Source of the DNA: Kipferlia bialata | Taxonomy: Eukaryota | Assembly: GCA_003568945.1 (NCBI GenBank) | Contig: BDIP01000084.1 | Coordinates: 1-32,851, forward strand | Direction of reading: 5' to 3' | Length of the DNA: 32,851 nucleotides | Part shown: positions 25,694 through 32,851 of the stretch, piece after piece | Position numbering within the stretch: position 1 is the first letter of the stretch | How the letters are laid out: each line of letters begins with the position of its first letter | The notes under the pieces: generated by a model | Seen by the model: only the letters and a program-made list of their open reading frames with translations | The model's database searches: none | Told to the model about the DNA's origin: nothing | Position numbers and translations under genes: made by a program

Positions 25694-27368
25694 TCACTTG
25701 AGGGTGGTCACGACCTCCCCCTCCTGCACCATGACGTCCCCTGCCTCAGACACCATGACACACCCACCCCCCAGGGGCACCATCTGCCTGATGACAGGTA
25801 CCCCACCCTCGGCAGGCAGGGCCACCCTCGACACCTCCTCCAGGGAGAGGGCGGCACCCTCGCCCCTCACCACCTTGAGGGTCAGCACCTCGCCACGCAG
25901 GCATGTGCGGACAGTGTCTCCCACACACACACAGCACCTGTACCCCTGGCCCTTGTCGTCCTCTCTCTCCCCGGCCTGCCTGGGCCTCTCTCCCTCAGCG
26001 GGTGCGGGCATGTCAATGCCCCCATACACACAGGGCCTCTCGGTCTCACCCACAGTCCAGGCCACAAGGTGGTCCATGGCGGTACCAACAACCACAGAGC
26101 CTGGGGGGTGAGGGGGGGGGGGAGAGATACATATATAGAAAACGAACGAGAAGGTAGACTGATGTGTGAGTATATATACACACTAATATATATAGGGGGA
26201 TACTATATATATGCTGACCTGTTGCGTCGTATGTGAGGCCTGAGAGAGTGGCTGTGCTGCCGGGCAGGAATGCCTCTACATCCCTCAGGTGGGGGAACCC
26301 AGACACGCGCACAAGGCCGGCAGTGTCACTGACAGCGAGGCCTGCCTCTGCCCCCACTGTGCACACACCCTTACACAGAGTGTGGGGGGTCAGGGCCATG
26401 TGGGTCAGGGTGCAGATGCGGGCAAGGGCAACAGGGGCCTCCTCGGGCCTGTCTGCCTTGGTGGGGGGGACCTTCTTGGCCTTCTTCTTCTTCTTCTTCT
26501 TCTCTCCCTCTCCCTCTCCCTCAGTCTCTGCCTCAGGGGCGGCTGTAGGCACTGGAGCAGGGGTGGGCTTGGGGGGTGGGGCGAGGAGGGCGGCGGTGGG
26601 TGGGTGGGGCACGCAGGAGATGGAGCCGCTCTTGTCCCCCACTATCACGGAGGTCTCACCTGCGGCAGTCACAATCTTCATGTCGAAGCCACGGCGGGCA
26701 AGAGACCTAGTGTCAAGAGGAGGAGGTATGAGTTAAGGGAGATGGGGGAGTGGGAGAGAGAGAGAGAGATACCATGACAACCCTACCTGGTGTACATGGG
26801 GGAGAACACCCCCTCCCCTGGGAATGTGCCCACCCTGAGGGTCTTGTCGCTGAGGCAGCAGTACACAATGACGCCGTCCTCTGTCTCCTGTCCACACACA
26901 CAGTCCAGGGACAGGGACTCAGTGCCGGGGAGGGGGCCGTAGCGCACAGTGGCACTGGTCCTGGGGTGAGGAAGAGCGGTTGGTGGGTGAGGTATGCTGT
27001 CATATTATGAACTGAAGGGATGGTGTAGTGAGAATGAGGAGATACAACCACAGAGTGACACTATTACTACGGTAGGTAACACACAAGGACATGTATCTCC
27101 ATACGGGATTGCACGTATACATATATGAGCCACAGTGCATCTCTCCTCTAGAAGATACACTGCCAGTGTCATGTGACAGATATGCAAGAGACACTCGTGT
27201 ATATGCACTCAGAACTCACTTCACATCATGCCGGAGAACCTCATTTCCCTGGCAAGCGAGGAATGCAGACTCAGAGAGAGCGTACACAAAGGTAACGGGA
27301 GACTCCGAACCCAATGGCATCAGATCTACCCACAGAAAGAGAGACTGTAAGGTGGGTGTCTCTTCCAT
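25694..27368 (-). CDS. WDR4: WD40 protein, tRNA m7G46 methyltransferase non-catalytic subunit WDR4/TRM82-like, 4 exons
   Basis: Exons about 27220-27368, 26787-26960, 26219-26707 and 25694-26100 join in frame. VIVGDKSGSI and LAVSDTAGLVRVSGFPHLRDVEAFLPG resemble WDR4 VADKSGDV and TADRDEKIRVS..IESFCLG. Confidence 0.7.
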
Positions 27369-27609
27369 GCTTCTGAAAACAAAAAAAGAATAGGGGTGTA
27401 GGTTGTTACACCGACTTAGTCAAGCCTTGACTCAGCCTCTCTTAGCACTGTGCCTCTCCTCTTAAGCAGGAGGGTGCTTACTACTGCAGCATATCAGTGC
27501 CCTAGACTTGGGAGTTCGGACTTGTGCAGGACCCGGAACCTATCGATACATTCCCACCCTCTTTGAGTGTCAAGAGTACCTGGCCTACTGTGCCCTGTAG
27601 TAGACTGGT
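27369..27609. promoter_or_regulatory. Putative bidirectional promoter between WDR4 and the SPRY gene
   Basis: 241 bp between divergent inferred start codons. Confidence 0.45.
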
Positions 27610-28874
27610 ATGGGTAAGAAGGAGGAGCTCCACAACCTGGTTGTGGGTGCTGAGGAGGCCTCGGACGGTGTGAGTGCCCTGGGTGTGGCTGCTGATGGGC
27701 TGAGCACCAGGGCAGAGACCCACTCTAGCACAGTGGGTGAGATGGTGGCACACATAGCAGAGCTGGGGGAGAGGGAGGGGGTGTGCAGGGAGACGGTGCA
27801 GGGCATGCTGGACCAGATCACAGACCTCGAGTACAGGCTGCAGAGGTGGGGTGGTGGTACTAGCACTAGTAGGGTCTATATAGTGACACATTACTCAGTG
27901 TTCTTCTAGTCTCACCTCAGGGACACTGACTCTGGGGAGGGTGAGGAGCCAGTGCTGCCAGGACAGTTGAAGGAGGTGCTGCCAGGTGAGAGGCACCTCT
28001 AGTGATCTGTTATATATACTCTCTGGTATACATCCTACCCTACTCATATATACCTATACTATATATATGGCCGGACAGCTGAAGGAGGTGCTGCCAGGTA
28101 AGTAGCTCCACTACTGATACTATCTATATATGCTCATATGCCTATACTCTCTCTCTACTCATAATATTGCCAGGACAGCTGAAGGAGGTGCTACCAGGTG
28201 AGAAACTCCTCTGGTATATTGATATATATGTATTATTTACTCTCCTCATGATCATTCTCATTCTCTAGGCATTGTGGATGCCCTCTCCTCTGGCAGTGGG
28301 GGTGTAAGTATACACCCTACCTATTTACCTATAGATATATATACCTAGTATATACTCACCCCAGGCATTGTGGATGCCGCCCTGTCCTCTGGCAGTGGGG
28401 GCCTGGGTGGCATGGACTCTATCTTAGCCAGGGTGGGGGACACGCTGGCGGGGGCGGCAGAGACAGTGGGTACGGAGACACACACACACACATATATATA
28501 TATATACATTTATACATGATATCTTCTCCCTATGGATATACTATCTCCTTACTTGGGCACGCTGGCAGGGGCGGCAGAGACAGTGGGTACGGTGTCATAG
28601 ACATGTCATATACATGTACTCTTATAAGCACTATGAACTCTATGTACTCTCTATACACTAGGGGACACGCTGGCAGGGGCGGCAGAGACAGTGGGTGAGT
28701 ACTAGGCCTAGTATTTTCTATACTATAAACAACACACTCTATACACGTAGTGACACTCTGTTCACTCGGGACAAATAGGCGAGGAGAGACATACTTGCAC
28801 TTTGTCTCTCTATACACTATACCCTCACACCCCCCAGGTGTGCACTCCCGCCTTGAGTCAGACTGTGTACGATG

Positions 28875-28916
<42 letters not shown>

Positions 28917-30597
28917 TCACTCTAGTGCTCTCTATACACTAATCTCTCACACTATATACCTCACCCCCCAGGCGTGCACTCCCGCCTTGAGTCCCATGCC
29001 TCCAGGGTGGCCATGGCAATGTGTCCAGATAGGTATATATGTATATATATATCCATATATATAGATAATATAATATAATAGTATAGTATGTAATGGATAT
29101 GATATTATTGTATGTATACTATATATATATAGTGCAGGCTATTCCTCTTGGGTGGCCATGGGAATGTGTCCAGACAGGGGTGTGTGTAGCATGTATTGTG
29201 TAGTATCCTGTATATTGAATCTGATACCTACGCCAGGGCCACCGGCTCTGAAGCAATCATCTTTATTATTATTTTGATTTGTATATACAAAATATTCACC
29301 GATAGGGTAGTACCCACTCTCCAGGTCAACCATCTCTGTCGATATAATTGATTTATAACATTTATATAGATATGTATATACAAGGCGCGTTAATATATTT
29401 ATGTTGACTCCTATACTGACCCCAGGTCCACCATCTCTGTGGATGCCCCCTGCTATGCATTCACCAGGGAGCAGTTCAGGGTGGAGGTCACACTGAGGTA
29501 CTATAATGTATATTGGGATATTCATATATATAGTGTCAGCAAGTTATACTATATATGTGCATTTATCAAGTTTGACAGGGAACAGTTCAGGGAGGAGGTC
29601 ATTATGTACATGCCGTGTATACATTATTAACTAATATTGTATGTATTGTATGTGTCAGTTCAGAGTGGATATCCCACTCCCTTCGGTGTCTAGTTGCATC
29701 TGCCTATCCCTTGTCTCCAAGGACTTGTATATGTGATGTTAATATGGTATGTATGCATATTCACAATCATATGATATCCTTATTCAGCCCCTCCCTGACT
29801 CAGGCTTGTCTCCAGGGATGGTGTGTGTGTCCTGGCCGGCCATCCCGTGCTGGCATCGCTCACAGGTACACTTTCCATATATATATTTGTACTTTCTCCA
29901 TACCAGACTCTTTCATAGATACCTCTATGCATGATTGGATAAGTATATGCGAGATTTACGCTGACTCAGGCACCTGTACTCTGACGTCACCCGAGAGTGG
30001 CAGTAAGGCAACAGACGCTAAGGTACGTTGTATATAGATTATGCGTCCATATAGTATACAACACACGTTGTATTCCGAAAAGTAACAGCAAGCCAACAGA
30101 CTCCAAAGTATATAGTGCACAGTGTCTACAGTCGTTGCCTTATTAGGATGCCTCACCCCCAGTCTGAGTCCTCGTCTGCCGACCTGTCCCTCTGTCCAGC
30201 CAGACCCAGTGCACAAGCAGGTAGCAGTGTCACTATTAGTATCAGTGGTGACTTGGTGTGTAATGATATGTATATGTATATATATATATATGTAATGTAG
30301 TATAGTGTTTATACCTCAGGTGACACCCTGTGCAGGGCATCTCTTTTCAGCGGATACCTCTCTCTCTCTCTCTCTCTCTCTTTCTATATACAGTGTACTG
30401 TCATATATAGTACTGACCCATTAGGTGACACCCTGTGCAGGGCATCCCTCATCAGGACAACACCAGGCCAGGCCAGGCTCAAGGTATGAAGTGTATATAT
30501 ATATATATAGATAGATAGATATTATATGTATATATACAGCATATATACACCAGGCCAGGCCAGGCTGAAGGTATGGTATAACATGTGTATGTATACC

Positions 30598-30636
<39 letters not shown>

Positions 30637-30836
30637 ATGCATATAACTCACCAGGCCAGGCCAGGCTCAAGGTGGGATATATACATATGTGTATGTATAT
30701 CTAGCAGGTTTTGGATATTATATGTATGTACATGACCCAGGTGTCTCTGGATGTGGTATGAATGATATATATATATGTATACATGTATTCGTGTATATAA
30801 CCCCAGGTCTCTGTGGATGTGGGCGGCATCACCTGG

Positions 30837-30882
<46 letters not shown>

Positions 30883-30932
30883 AATAACCCCAGGTCTCTG
30901 TGGATGTGGGCGGCATCACCTGGTTCATATAC

Positions 30933-30969
<37 letters not shown>

Positions 30970-31974
30970 GAGAAATAACCCCAGGTCTCTGTGGACGTGG
31001 GAGGCATCACCCTGCAGGACTCCCTCTCCCTCTATCTGGTCAATGACCACTTTGCAGTCACACAGAAGGATATCAGACTGAGTGAGGATGGGAGGGCGGC
31101 CACTAATACAGGTGTGTATATATATTGATAGATACACACACACACATATATGCACATATATTAGTGTATCAGACTGAGTGAGGACGGGAGGGCGGCCACT
31201 AACACAGGTATACACATATGTATATATATGAATATACTACAATATGTATGTATAGTATTGTGTATATCAGACTGAGTGAGGACGGGAGGGCGGCCACTAA
31301 CACGGGTGAGTGTGATACATTCTCTATGTTACTTTAGTGCCTTTACATTCAGGGTCACTCTCTAGACCTCGATTGCCACCTGCACTCCCTCTTACCCCCA
31401 GGCCCCAACGACGGTGTGTTCCGGTCTGCCCTGGGGGCCAGGAAGATACGCCTGGGGGGGGACGGCTCAACAACATTCTCGGTGGGTGTCTGTCTTAGTC
31501 TACCAGTGTGATATGCATGGATGTTTACTATAATGTATACTCATGCCTGAATGACCCCCCAGATCCACCTGACTCTACGCAGGAAATATGCATTTATACA
31601 TTATTAGTGTGTGTGTATGTGTCTGACCCCCCAGATCCACCTGACTCTTCGCATTGATGTCTATATAATACATGTAATAATACATGTATATACATGTATA
31701 TGCCTGACTGACCCCCCAGATCCACCTGCGCCACATTGCCACGGGTGTCATCAGGGTCGGGGTGGCCACGCCCACATGCCCATTACAGGTATATACGTAT
31801 ATTAACAGTCAGTATATTCACATATACATATTAATATATACATGCTGACCCCCAGGATGCCTGGCGCAGTCCAGATGCATGGGGGTACCATGGCTTCAAC
31901 GGCAGACTGTACTGGAACGGCAAGGTAAGGAGACATAGATATGGTATAGTGTATATATATGCCCAGTCTGTGTG

Positions 31975-32010
<36 letters not shown>

Positions 32011-32376
32011 CCCAGCGCCGTGACTATGGCCCCAAGTTTGGAGAGGGGGATACGGTCACAGTGGTGGTGCACCACAGGAGCAGGAAGGTATACATATACA
32101 CACTGACCTATACAATCGTATCTATATATATCTATATCCCAGACTCTATATTCAATGTCACAGTTGGGGGTTCCACGGAGCAAGGAGGCACTGGCCTGTA
32201 TATATTAATATATACAGTTGTTCCGTACTTTGAAGGCCTAACCCCCCCAGGTCCGTTTCCTGAAGAATGGCGAGTCCCTGGGCGTGGCCTTTGGCAAGCT
32301 GCCCGATGAGGTAGTACCCTTTGTGGAGTTTGGACACTCTGAGGACAGCGTGGAGTTTGGGGCCCAGACGCAGTAG
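27610..32376 (+). CDS. Multi-exon protein: N-terminal coiled-coil-like region, beta-rich middle, C-terminal SPRY (B30.2) domain
   Basis: Final exons give IRLSEDGRAATNTGPNDGVFRSALG..IRVGVATP..PDAWGYHGFNGRLYWNGKRRDYGPKFGEGDTVTVVVHHRSRKVRFLKNGESLGVAF..VPFVEF..QTQ* (SPRY motifs SWGYHG, YGPxFxxGDxV, FxKNGxxLGVAF). First exon MGKKEELHNL..MLDQITDLEYRLQR. Confidence 0.85.
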
Positions 32377-32851
32377 GGATGATCATGTAGAATAGAACAG
32401 AAAGAGACGGAGTATGGTGTGGTAGATGATGGTATAGAGGTGATAGTGGAGTGTGTCATTCGTTGCAGACGCAGCAGGCCTCGAACAGATCCAGTGTAGG
32501 ATAGAATAGAATATATAATATATTCACAATCTGCAGACGCAGTGCTTGGCCAATCAGGGGAGAGAGGGTCATTCGGGGCCCAGACGCAGAAGAGTGTGGT
32601 ATGCATCATAGATGTTGAATATACAGGTTGAGTGAGACACAGTGGTCCTTGACGGTCAGTTTCCGGTTCATATTCATATCCGCTATATTTACCCAGACCT
32701 TGTCTTTAGGTTTTATGAATTAAGGTGGCACACTGTGTGTGTTGGACGTTGTGACAGACTCCCTCCCCGGAGTTCTGAAGCGTGTAGTCAAGTGGCTCGG
32801 CCAAACCAAACCCTCCCATCGTGACGCCGATCACTATCGGAGAATAGTCGG

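Noticed and set aside
25548..26777. Plus-strand ORFs 25548-26111, 26233-26736 and 26289-26777
   Set aside because: Antisense to WDR4 exons.
27955..31750. Echoes interpreted as ordinary mutually exclusive exons or protein tandem repeats
   Set aside because: Echoes are partial, generally have only one splice boundary and run into microsatellite, so they cannot substitute for the full exon by standard splicing.
32642..32824. 60-aa ORF at the right end
   Set aside because: Non-ATG start, no motif and atypical codon usage; likely intergenic or the flank of the next gene.

Overview
Eukaryotic, intron-dense genomic DNA: GC-rich short exons in (TA)n/(GA)n/(TG)n introns, GT donors, and a branch-point-like motif fused to the acceptor (CT[G/C/A]ACCCC(C)AG). 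This style is consistent with a free-living fornicate such as Kipferlia (inference). Most ORFs in the supplied track are microsatellite noise. Manual splicing gives seven genes: HSPA12-like Hsp70 (-, partial), DHX37/DHR1 DEAH helicase (-, partial), ARP8 (-), VPS20/CHMP6 (+), a small HMG-box protein (+), WDR4/TRM82 (-) and a coiled-coil + SPRY protein (+). The main unexplained signal is that introns carry 'exon echoes': 20-70 bp partial copies of the neighbouring exon end together with its splice site. Differences between echoes and exon, and between echoes themselves, are strongly biased to synonymous changes, and splice sites are kept even where the flanking intron differs. Dead duplicates should not behave this way. 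It points either to an undescribed recombination or exon-end exchange process, or to an assembly that concatenates diverged alleles. Junctions at poly-G tracts suggest some local misassembly.
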